Positions 29,478-37,862 of a DNA stretch of 64,000 nt are shown in pieces. The translations under genes were made by a program, and so were the position numbers. The stretch comes from Candidatus Latescibacterota bacterium (GTDB lineage: Bacteria > Latescibacterota > UBA2968). Location: the NCBI GenBank assembly GCA_965204375.1, contig OZ241986.1, positions 1,504,001-1,568,000 of the forward strand, given 5' to 3'. Position 1 is the stretch's first letter. Every line of letters starts with the position of its first letter. The notes below the pieces were generated by a model. It ran no database searches. It saw only the letters and a list, made by a program, of their open reading frames with translations, and was not told the DNA's origin.

Positions 29478-30518
29478 ATGGCGGAAAGAGTGAAAGTGGC
29501 TGCGTTGGGGCTGGCACACGATCACGTGTGGTCAAATTTGCGCGCGCTCAAAGCGCTGGATAATGCCGATCTGGTGGCTGGTGCAGATGGCAATGCAGAG
29601 TTGCGAGAACAATTTGTTGAAGCTACGGGTTGTGAGCTGGTATATGACGATTTTGAAGCGTTGCTGGACAATGAGGAGCCGGATGCGGTGTTTGTATTTA
29701 CTCCGACAGCACATCACGCCAATGTGGTGGAATTGTGTGCGCCGCGCGGAATTCATGTGATGGTAGAAAAACCGATGGCGGCGACTTTAGAGCAAGCAGA
29801 CCGCATGTTGACGGCTGCGCGAAAGGCGGGGACGGTGTTGATGGTCAATTGGCCGACGGCGTGGAATCGCGGCATCCGCACGGCTTATCGCCTGGTGCAA
29901 GAAGGCGCGATTGGACAGGTGTGGCAACTGTTGTGGCGCGGTGGACATTGTGGACCGGATGAGTTGGGGTGTTCCGAACATTTTTGCGATTTCCTATTTG
30001 ATAGCCATCTCAATGGCGCAGGTGCTTTTAACGATTACGGGGGATATGGCGCGAGTTTGTGCGTGTTGTTTTTGGGGCGGCCAAACAGCGTGGTGGGAAT
30101 GGCGGGGCGGCTATTGAAAACGCATTTGCCCGTGGATGACAATGGGATGATGATTTTGCGCTATCCAAATGCGATGTGCCGGCTGGAGATGACATGGACA
30201 GAAGCTGTGCCGAACAAGCCGCCGCACGATTTGATGTTGCACGGGACGGAAGGGACGATTATTGCGGGAAACGATGTTGTTTTGTACACCCGCGATTGTA
30301 AAGACGGTAAAACAATTGCGCCAGATACATTGCCCGAAGGGGAAAATAATGCCTCCGAACATTTTATTTATTGTATTCAATCTGGCGCATCGCCCGGTTT
30401 TGTGACTTGCGCGGATTTGTCGCGCAATGCACAGGAAATTATGGAGGCGGGGCTTATTTCTGCGACCAATGGCAATGCCCTGGCATTGCCCATTGAAGAT
30501 CATTTGTTCAGGGAGTAG
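29478..30518 (+). CDS. Gfo/Idh/MocA oxidoreductase
   Basis: HVMVEKPMA and NGAGAFNDYGGYG motifs. Confidence 0.88.
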   Translation: MAERVKVAALGLAHDHVWSNLRALKALDNADLVAGADGNAELREQFVEATGCELVYDDFEALLDNEEPDAVFVFTPTAHHANVVELCAPRGIHVMVEKPMAATLEQADRMLTAARKAGTVLMVNWPTAWNRGIRTAYRLVQEGAIGQVWQLLWRGGHCGPDELGCSEHFCDFLFDSHLNGAGAFNDYGGYGASLCVLFLGRPNSVVGMAGRLLKTHLPVDDNGMMILRYPNAMCRLEMTWTEAVPNKPPHDLMLHGTEGTIIAGNDVVLYTRDCKDGKTIAPDTLPEGENNASEHFIYCIQSGASPGFVTCADLSRNAQEIMEAGLISATNGNALALPIEDHLFRE

Positions 30519-30521
30519 GGG

Positions 30522-32786
30522 ATGCGGTGGTTTATTCTCGTCGTATTTACCATTGTTTTCGCCGCTCAAAGCGCGGCGCAAGAGGGTGAGATTAATCGGG
30601 ACAGTCTTGCAGTTTTGTTGGCTGAAGTCCCTGTTGATACGCTGGCCGCAAAACTGGGCGATTCTCTGTTTTCACCCCCAGAGGGGAAGGCGCGTATTTT
30701 GCGCGATGCTTACGGCGTACCCCACATTTATGGGCGCACAGATGAGGATGTCGCGTTTGGTTTTGGCTATGCACAGGCAGAAGATCATCTCCTGCAGATG
30801 TTGAAGAATTTTCGTCAAGCCAGAGGGCGTTTAGCCGAAGTCGAGGGCACTTCGGCCTTAAAATTAGATGAAATGGCTTTGCAATGGCGCATCCACAGCG
30901 TTGCGGGTGAACGGTATGGGGATATTTCTGAGGAGACGCGACAATATATCGCGGCTTTTGTTGAGGGCATCAACCACTATATTGAAATTCATCGGCAGGT
31001 ATTGCCACAGTGGGTGCAGGATGTGCGGGCGGTAGATGTAGTGGCTCTTGCGCGGTGGATTTTGTTCTTGTTTGCCGAGCAGACCGGTGAATCTGAATTG
31101 GCTCGTGTGGGATTGACAACATCGGTTCCCAAATTGCCGGGGTCCAATCTGTGGGTTGTCGGACCATCCCGGTCTGGCAGCGGCGCACCTGTGCTGGCGA
31201 TGGATCTGCAATTGCCATACACAACGCCTTTTCAGCTTTGCGAAGCGCATCTGGTCAGCAATGCGGGTTTGAATGTGATGGGGGCAACATTTTTTGGACT
31301 GCCAGTTATTTTTGCCGGTCACAATGACCACATGGCCTGGTCAATGACTTCCAATGATATTGATGTTTTTGATTTGTACGAAGAGCGTCTGGATCCCCTC
31401 AATCCCAGACGCTATTTTTATGGGGATGAGAAAAGGCGCGTGGTGTCGCGGCGCGTGAAAATCCATAGCGAGGAGGGGATGCGGGAAGTTGAACGCGAAT
31501 TTCTCTATACCGATCACGGTCCAGTCTATAAGACGATTGGCAACTGGGCTTATGCTGCGCGTACGAGTGTGGCTGATCGCGTGGATGCAATGGGTCAGTT
31601 ATTGGCGATGAATCGCGCGGGGTCACTGAGCGCGTTTCAGCAGGCGCTTTCGCGTTTAGAGCTACCGGTTTTTAATGTGATATACGGCGATGTGATGGGT
31701 GAGATTTTTTACGTGTTTAATGGTCGCTGTCCCGTGCGATCAGAAAATTTCGATTGGCGCGCGCCTGTGCCGGGCTGGATGCCTGAGACAGAGTGGAGAG
31801 GTATGATCGCATTTTCTCAATTGCCGCAAGTGCACAATCCCGCTTCTGGCTCTTTGCAGAATTGCAATGTCTCGCCAGATGTGGTTGCGATTGATAGTGG
31901 TTTTAAAAGGGAAGATTTCCCTCCGTTTTTGGGGTGGGGGACACCCAATTATCGCGCACAGCGAATTGTGAACTGGTTGCTCACGCATCAAAATATCGTG
32001 GTTGGCGATATGCAGGCTTTGCTTAGAGATGATTATCTCGTTGACGCAGAAGAATATAAAGGGCTGATTTACCGCGCTTATAACCGCGCCTGGCCCGTGC
32101 TATTCGATCCCAACTGGGAGGTTGGCAAGGCTGTTCAAATTCTCAGGGCATGGGATAATCGGGCGAGTTTAGAGAGCGTTGGCACGCTTTTGTTTTCGAT
32201 CTGGAAGGCCCGATTCGATTCGTCCTTCGCACAGGTTCCACAAAAGCGAGATATTTTGGTTCGAGAAAAGGTCGCATTGGAGGCATTGCAGCAGGCGGTC
32301 GCATATATGACCGCGACTTATGGACGATTGGATGTGCCCTGGGGGCAGGTGCATTACTTGAAGAGGGGAGATCGCACTTTTCCGATGAGCGGTGCGCCTT
32401 CTGGCACAGAGGCTTTGCATCAGACACTAACGCAAATAGAAGCAGATGGGACAATGGTTATCGAAGGAGGATCGGCTTTTGGAATGGTGGTTTCGCTGGT
32501 GCAGCCAGTGCAGTCGTGGAGTGCGCTGGCTTATGGCAATAGCGAGGATCCCGAGTCTCCCCATTATGACGATCAGGCCGATTTGCAACATCGCAATACA
32601 TTTAAGAAAACGGTTTTTACAACTGGCGATTTGCAACCCGTTCTGACGGATCTTACAACAGTTCCTTATGATTCCGAAGAAGCCGAGCGTCAATCGCTGA
32701 AAGCTCTCTGGCGTAAGCAGTTGCAAATAGGTGTGGTTGCACCTGATTCTACGAATGCTGAGCCGGAGTCCTCACAAGACGATTAA
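30522..32786 (+). CDS. Penicillin acylase family Ntn-hydrolase (secreted)
   Basis: RDAYGVPHIYG, GYAQAED, GSNLWVV (nucleophile Ser) and SPHYDDQ motifs. Confidence 0.9.
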   Translation: MRWFILVVFTIVFAAQSAAQEGEINRDSLAVLLAEVPVDTLAAKLGDSLFSPPEGKARILRDAYGVPHIYGRTDEDVAFGFGYAQAEDHLLQMLKNFRQARGRLAEVEGTSALKLDEMALQWRIHSVAGERYGDISEETRQYIAAFVEGINHYIEIHRQVLPQWVQDVRAVDVVALARWILFLFAEQTGESELARVGLTTSVPKLPGSNLWVVGPSRSGSGAPVLAMDLQLPYTTPFQLCEAHLVSNAGLNVMGATFFGLPVIFAGHNDHMAWSMTSNDIDVFDLYEERLDPLNPRRYFYGDEKRRVVSRRVKIHSEEGMREVEREFLYTDHGPVYKTIGNWAYAARTSVADRVDAMGQLLAMNRAGSLSAFQQALSRLELPVFNVIYGDVMGEIFYVFNGRCPVRSENFDWRAPVPGWMPETEWRGMIAFSQLPQVHNPASGSLQNCNVSPDVVAIDSGFKREDFPPFLGWGTPNYRAQRIVNWLLTHQNIVVGDMQALLRDDYLVDAEEYKGLIYRAYNRAWPVLFDPNWEVGKAVQILRAWDNRASLESVGTLLFSIWKARFDSSFAQVPQKRDILVREKVALEALQQAVAYMTATYGRLDVPWGQVHYLKRGDRTFPMSGAPSGTEALHQTLTQIEADGTMVIEGGSAFGMVVSLVQPVQSWSALAYGNSEDPESPHYDDQADLQHRNTFKKTVFTTGDLQPVLTDLTTVPYDSEEAERQSLKALWRKQLQIGVVAPDSTNAEPESSQDD

Positions 32787-32826
32787 AAAGCCGGGATTTG
32801 TTTTTTTATCGTATCAGGAGGTGTTC

Positions 32827-35250
32827 ATGCGTTTTTGGGTATTATTTTGGGCGTTGATAGTAGTTGCTATTCCCAACCATATATATGCACAGGGTACCGT
32901 ACAACAGGTGGTGGGTGATCTCGTATATATAGAAGGGCTTTCGGCTGATCTGGATGGCAAATTGCGGGTTGCAGGCGATGATGGTGCAGTTTTGCAGGTG
33001 ATCAAGGTGTTGTCCAATGTGGTGGTTGCACGCGTGGTTGAGGAAAATGGTTCGCCGGTAAAATTCGGGGATCGGACTCAGGTAGATGATGGCACGCTTG
33101 CGGGTTCACCGCGCAGGGTGGTGCATGCAACGCGGGTTGCTGATGCGCCGCGCATTGACGGACGGTTGGACGATGCGGCTTGGCAACAGGCACAGGCCGC
33201 GGTGGGATTTGTTCAGCGCGATCCGAAATACTGGATGCCGGTGACTGAGCGGACAGTTGTGAAAATTATTTATGACAATGAGAAAATTTATTTTGGTTTT
33301 GAATGTTATGACAAAAATCCCGGTCTCATTGTTACCAATAATATGCGCCGAGATTCTCAGCTTTCCGGCGATGACAATATTCAATTGTTGCTCGATCCGT
33401 TTAATGACAAACAGAATGGGGTTTTCTTTTTTGTCAATGCACTCGGCGCGCGGACAGATATGCTTTTGTCAAATGAAGGGCGAACGACGAATGAAGATTG
33501 GGATTGTATCTGGGAAGTGCGGTGTGTACGTCACGAGAGGGGCTGGACTGCCGAAATAGCGATTCCGTTTAATCAACTCCGTTTCAATCCGTCTGATGAG
33601 ATGGAATGGGGGATTAACATGGGGCGTTATATCGGGCATAAGAATGAGGAGACCGCGTTTATTGTCGGGCGGCACACGCCCTCACCCCGGCGGCGGTATC
33701 AGATGACCGATATGGGTGTGTTGCGTGGTTTAAAGGCTGTTGAGAGAAAGCGACTTTTTCAAGTCAAGCCGTATGTGCTGCCGGGAACTTCGCGCAATTT
33801 TACAGGCGATGAAGGTGAAAATCGCACGTTTGAAGCGGGTGCAGATATGCGCTATGGCCTGACGCCCAATCTCGCGCTGGATGTGTCTTATAATACGGAT
33901 TTTGCCCAGGTCGAAGCCGATCAAGAACAGGTGAATTTGACGCAGTTTTCTCAGTTTTTTCCCGAGAAGCGCGAGTTTTTCCTGGAGGGGGCGCAATTGT
34001 TTGATTTTGGCGAGGCAGCGTCAACTCGTGGGGGCGATGTGCGCCCACCAACACTGCTGTTTTACAGCAGGAGAATCGGTCTGGATGGGGGGCAGCCCGT
34101 GCCGATTCTCGCAGGTGGCAAGTTGGCTGGCAAAGCCGGGCGCACGAGCATTGGCGCGTTAAATGTTCTGACGGATTCTGAGACGTTGGACACACAGACG
34201 CTACCGCGCAGGAATTTTTCCGTGCTTCGGATCAAACGCGATGTGTTCGCGCGGTCCAATGTGGGATTTATCTGGGTGAATAAACAAAGCGAAGTATCCG
34301 ATGGCGGGTGGGGCGACTACAATCGCGCAGGGGGGCTGGATTTCAGTTTTTCGCCTTCAACTGCGGTCAATGTGCAGGCTTTTTACGCGCGTACCTGGGA
34401 TAAGGACTCAGAAGAAGTGGATGATGCGCGGTATCTTCGCTTTTCGTATAGCGGTACCAAATACTCGGGTTCGGCAACTGTTCTGGATGTAGAAGATGAT
34501 TTTGAGCCGGAGGCGGGGTTTGTCAACCGTCGGCGTGGCATTCGGGGATTTCGGCGTTACAATGTCAATCTATCCTATTTGCCGCGGCCCAGGGTAGCCA
34601 ATATCCGCAATTTGAGATTCACGCCCGATATTCAGGTGATTGAAGACGACGAAGGCGAAGTGCCGTTCCAGCGGTTCAGACTTGACGGTGTGCTCGCACT
34701 TCAGACGGCTGACCGTTTTTTGGTGCGTGTGGAGAGGACTCGCGATGTCGTCACGCGGCCTTTTAGACCGTCGAGCAAGCGGCCCGATGTCGCCATTCCA
34801 CCGCGCGAATACACTTTTACATCGTTCAGGCTGGGACCGGATACGGCGAGCTATCGCAAATTGCAGTTGGATTTTGATTTTCTGATCGGAACCTATTATA
34901 CGGGACACCTGTATCGGGTGACGGCACAGAATGCCTATCGTCCCAATGGCAGATTGGGTATTGAGCTGATTTACGATGGCAATTGGATTCGCTTGCCACA
35001 GGCCAATCTCAATATTCAGGCGTTGAGTACGCGGTTGATTTACTCGTTTACAACCGATTTCTTTTTTAAAATTTTCGCACAGTGGAATAGTGATAGCGAA
35101 TCCGTAGGCGCAAATTTTTTGCTCAACTACCGTTTCCGCCCGGGTAGCGATATATTCTTTGTCTATGATCACGGGTTTGGAACCGCGGGCGACTTGCACC
35201 AGACTGGCCGTGCGCTACTGCTCAAGGTGTCGTATTTGATTGGGTTGTGA
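32827..35250 (+). CDS. CBM9-like plus DUF5916 outer-membrane beta-barrel protein
   Basis: PRIDGRLDDAAW, WTAEIAIPF, NTDFAQVEAD, FFPEKREFFLEG, LFYSRRIG and C-terminal KVSYL. Confidence 0.85.
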   Translation: MRFWVLFWALIVVAIPNHIYAQGTVQQVVGDLVYIEGLSADLDGKLRVAGDDGAVLQVIKVLSNVVVARVVEENGSPVKFGDRTQVDDGTLAGSPRRVVHATRVADAPRIDGRLDDAAWQQAQAAVGFVQRDPKYWMPVTERTVVKIIYDNEKIYFGFECYDKNPGLIVTNNMRRDSQLSGDDNIQLLLDPFNDKQNGVFFFVNALGARTDMLLSNEGRTTNEDWDCIWEVRCVRHERGWTAEIAIPFNQLRFNPSDEMEWGINMGRYIGHKNEETAFIVGRHTPSPRRRYQMTDMGVLRGLKAVERKRLFQVKPYVLPGTSRNFTGDEGENRTFEAGADMRYGLTPNLALDVSYNTDFAQVEADQEQVNLTQFSQFFPEKREFFLEGAQLFDFGEAASTRGGDVRPPTLLFYSRRIGLDGGQPVPILAGGKLAGKAGRTSIGALNVLTDSETLDTQTLPRRNFSVLRIKRDVFARSNVGFIWVNKQSEVSDGGWGDYNRAGGLDFSFSPSTAVNVQAFYARTWDKDSEEVDDARYLRFSYSGTKYSGSATVLDVEDDFEPEAGFVNRRRGIRGFRRYNVNLSYLPRPRVANIRNLRFTPDIQVIEDDEGEVPFQRFRLDGVLALQTADRFLVRVERTRDVVTRPFRPSSKRPDVAIPPREYTFTSFRLGPDTASYRKLQLDFDFLIGTYYTGHLYRVTAQNAYRPNGRLGIELIYDGNWIRLPQANLNIQALSTRLIYSFTTDFFFKIFAQWNSDSESVGANFLLNYRFRPGSDIFFVYDHGFGTAGDLHQTGRALLLKVSYLIGL

Positions 35251-35267
35251 GACGGGCTTTTTAACTA

Positions 35268-36512
35268 TTACTCTGGTAGCAGTTTGTCGTCGCAAAATTC
35301 CATGAGTTCAATGAGCTTACGGGCAATATCTTGTGCCAGCCGTGCTGTGCGTTCTTCTTCCTCCCATAGTGTTTTTAACTGATTGGGATCCTGGAAATCA
35401 GTTTCTGTTGTATATATCCTGAAAGGCCACCATCTATTCTTGTCGGATTTTAGTTCTATTCCATCCAGTTTCTTTTTGATTTTCTTCCGATTATAGTGTT
35501 TTAGATCAGCAGAAATGCCGTAAAATGATTGCTTATATATGCCTTGCCAATTTACGAGAAGAAGATCCTTTTCGCGAAGATCATTTTTTGTTTTTCTTAA
35601 ATCTGTCTCTATCCACTTTGTATTTCTTATGCACAATCCACCTCCAGATTCATCATATATTTTTATCTTCCAATCGGCAGGACTGCGGGAAAATGGCTCT
35701 TTGCTTTCGATTTCTTCTTTTACCTCTTGAACAAATTTCTTAACGGTTTCTTTGAAGAGGGGGTCATATTTTGAATATATCGCGTGTGCAACCTCTATAT
35801 TTTTCATCATAAGCTTTTGGATGGTCTTCTCCATTTTTTGCATTGTCAAGCCTCCTGTTAGTCCTTTAATGGCAATGATATACTGCTTTATCGTCTCTCT
35901 CAAGATAGGCAGGTCTGCACAATGCTTCTGGCAGGATTCGAGCCAGGGGAGTATATGCTCTTGATAAGAGATAGGGTGATATTTCTTCTTTGTAGAGGCT
36001 TTTTTACCCTCACGGGTCAGAAATAGTACGAGGTTGCTATCAGGCTCGTAGTTGCAATATCGGGTAATCTGATGCTCACCTTCGCCTGCCCCAATTTTGT
36101 TTTCAATTGAAATGTGTCGTGTTCCATCAGTTATGAAGATGTCTATACGCCCGCCTTTTGAATTTTCACCATCTATATGTTTTGGTCCAATGTAGTATTC
36201 CCTGTGCATCTTTGCTTTGCTTTCATCGGGACGAAGTTTACATCCGTTGGACAAACTGTCTGGTAGCAGGGGATCGACAATTTGTTCCAAAAACATCTTC
36301 AAAAACGTTGTTTGCTGGTCGTGGCTGCCTTTAGGGGCGAGCAACTCGGCTATAAAGCGCGAATGCAATTCATCTTCTTTGTATTCAATCTCCAACACGC
36401 GGAACACATTGAAGTTTTCGCCCTTGAGCCGGGCAATTTCCTCATGTTTCTCAATAATTGATCCTGTTGATTGCAGCAGTTGTTTCACTTGCCCAATGAG
36501 TGCTTGTTCCAC
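35268..36512 (-). CDS. PD-(D/E)XK nuclease family protein
   Basis: FNVFRVL, ELHSRFIAELL, GRIDI...IENKI...QITRY; visibly AT-richer than neighbours. Confidence 0.85.
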   Translation of the reverse strand: MEQALIGQVKQLLQSTGSIIEKHEEIARLKGENFNVFRVLEIEYKEDELHSRFIAELLAPKGSHDQQTTFLKMFLEQIVDPLLPDSLSNGCKLRPDESKAKMHREYYIGPKHIDGENSKGGRIDIFITDGTRHISIENKIGAGEGEHQITRYCNYEPDSNLVLFLTREGKKASTKKKYHPISYQEHILPWLESCQKHCADLPILRETIKQYIIAIKGLTGGLTMQKMEKTIQKLMMKNIEVAHAIYSKYDPLFKETVKKFVQEVKEEIESKEPFSRSPADWKIKIYDESGGGLCIRNTKWIETDLRKTKNDLREKDLLLVNWQGIYKQSFYGISADLKHYNRKKIKKKLDGIELKSDKNRWWPFRIYTTETDFQDPNQLKTLWEEEERTARLAQDIARKLIELMEFCDDKLLPE

Positions 36513-36640
36513 AAAAATAACCCTCTATTCAATCCTCGCGTATCCAACCCCACAAGAGATAATGTATCACCTGTCCATTGCAGTTCATCAATTTATAAAA
36601 AAACAGTCAAGGGGAGACCTTGCTCCCACGGTCCAATAGG

Positions 36641-36694
36641 TCAGACCTCTCGACTGTGCTGACAATTTTACTCAAAACCTATATTCACGTCAAG
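36641..36694 (-). promoter_or_regulatory. Sigma-70 promoter module, copy 1
   Basis: Minus strand TTGACG-N17-TAAAAT...GAGGTCTGA. Confidence 0.6.
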
Positions 36695-36701
36695 CGTAAT
36701 T

Positions 36702-37022
36702 TTACGAATCAGGTTGCGAAATTTCGTGTAACTTGTTGAGACGGATTGCATCTTGTGACAGGATGGCTTCCAGCCACTCGTCATTGGAGCAGTTCAGGTA
36801 TTGCCACGCCGCTTCATCGCCGGATCGGACGACAAAAAGACGGCTGCCATCGGGCAGGTATTCGCTCAGGTGATGTGCGATCATGTGAGCACTATATTCG
36901 GTCAGCACTGCCCATGTTGAATCGGTAATCTGAGCACAAGCCGCGTAACTTTGGATAGCCTCGTGGAGGGCGTCGCAATCGCCTCCCCAGACCATATCGT
37001 AAGAGATGATGTAGGCTTCCAT
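36702..37022 (-). CDS. Cas2/VapD-like small ferredoxin-fold protein
   Basis: YIISYD N-terminal motif, STWAV, RLFVV and AAW. Confidence 0.6.
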   Translation of the reverse strand: MEAYIISYDMVWGGDCDALHEAIQSYAACAQITDSTWAVLTEYSAHMIAHHLSEYLPDGSRLFVVRSGDEAAWQYLNCSNDEWLEAILSQDAIRLNKLHEISQPDS

Positions 37023-37104
37023 CGTTGTTTCTCCTTCACTTGCGCGGTCTCGTATTGGGAACCGTTGTTCTGATAACCCATTGAATAGACCTCACAAGAA
37101 TCGC

Positions 37105-37347
37105 TTACCCTTTGAAATAGGTCAGTAAACTGATAATGATAACCGCAACTGCAATGAGCAAAGACAACCATTTTATGGTTTGCCCTTCCACGCGGTTGAT
37201 ATCGCTTTTTAAGTTGGTCTCCACACGGTTGATATCGCTTTTTAAGGTGTTTTCGACGCGGTTAATATCGTTTTTTAAGGAGTTTTCCAGGCCATTGAAC
37301 CCCGCGTTCATCTGGTTGATCAGTTGCTGAAAACGGTCATCTGCCAT
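37105..37347 (-). CDS. Small coiled-coil protein with C-terminal TM (DUF1640/CCDC90-like)
   Basis: Three 11-aa repeats LK(N/S)DINRVE followed by IKWLSLLIAVAVIII. Confidence 0.7.
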   Translation of the reverse strand: MADDRFQQLINQMNAGFNGLENSLKNDINRVENTLKSDINRVETNLKSDINRVEGQTIKWLSLLIAVAVIIISLLTYFKG

Positions 37348-37402
37348 GACAATTCGTTTTCCCTTTTTATTTTAATGCCGCTGATTTGACCACCAGTACA
37401 GA

Positions 37403-37455
37403 TCAGACCTCTTGACTATGTAATAATTTTACTCAAAATCTATGCGTAAATCAAG
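37403..37455 (-). promoter_or_regulatory. Sigma-70 promoter module, copy 2
   Basis: Minus strand TTGATT-N17-TAAAAT...GAGGTCTGA, a direct repeat of 36641-36694. Confidence 0.6.
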
Positions 37456-37465
37456 GGCGATTGCG

Positions 37466-37766
37466 GTGACGACTCCCAACCGTGAACATGTTGGGCTTCT
37501 TGGCGATTAACCCCGCCAGAGTACATCGTCCTGGACTCATGGGCAATGCTGTATTACTTGTTCACTGGTGAAAGCATCCCAAAAAGGGGATGACCCCCAG
37601 GTTTTACCTACACAGGAAGGTATGTTTTGTGTAGAACCTCATACCTGTATGAGCAGCATAGTCACACGTCAGACGTATGTCAAGGTTTATATACGCTAAA
37701 GCTCAAAAAGGAAGCCCTTCGCCATGCGCCCCACGGCTAAAGCTCGTGGGTTTTACGGGCTATTAG
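37466..37766 (-). mobile_element. Non-autonomous IS200/IS605-family element (no tnpA/tnpB)
   Basis: Left-end hairpin CCCACGAGCTTTAGCCGTGGG after TTTAT; right end GAAGCCCAACATGTTCACGGTTGGGAGTCGTCAC; internal TTGACA-N17-TATGCT. Confidence 0.65.
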
Positions 37767-37768
37767 AT

Positions 37769-37803
37769 AAAAAAAAGCACCCGAATTTCGTCCGGGTGCT
37801 TTC
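37769..37803 (-). terminator. Terminator of the ExbBD-like operon
   Basis: AAAGCACCCG...CGGGTGCTTT hairpin with an A tract on the + strand. Confidence 0.8.
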
Positions 37804-37824
37804 TATTTGTTAAAAAAGGTTATT

Positions 37825-37854
37825 ATCTGCGTCTATCTGCGTTCATCTGCGGAT
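37825..37854. repeat. 10-mer tandem repeat
   Basis: ATCTGCGTCT ATCTGCGTTC ATCTGCGGAT. Confidence 0.6.
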
Positions 37855-37862
37855 GCTTCTTC

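Noticed and set aside
36702-37800. CRISPR-Cas locus suggested by the Cas2-like gene
   Set aside because: No repeat-spacer array and no other cas genes. The nearby repeats are two promoter copies and coding 33-bp repeats.
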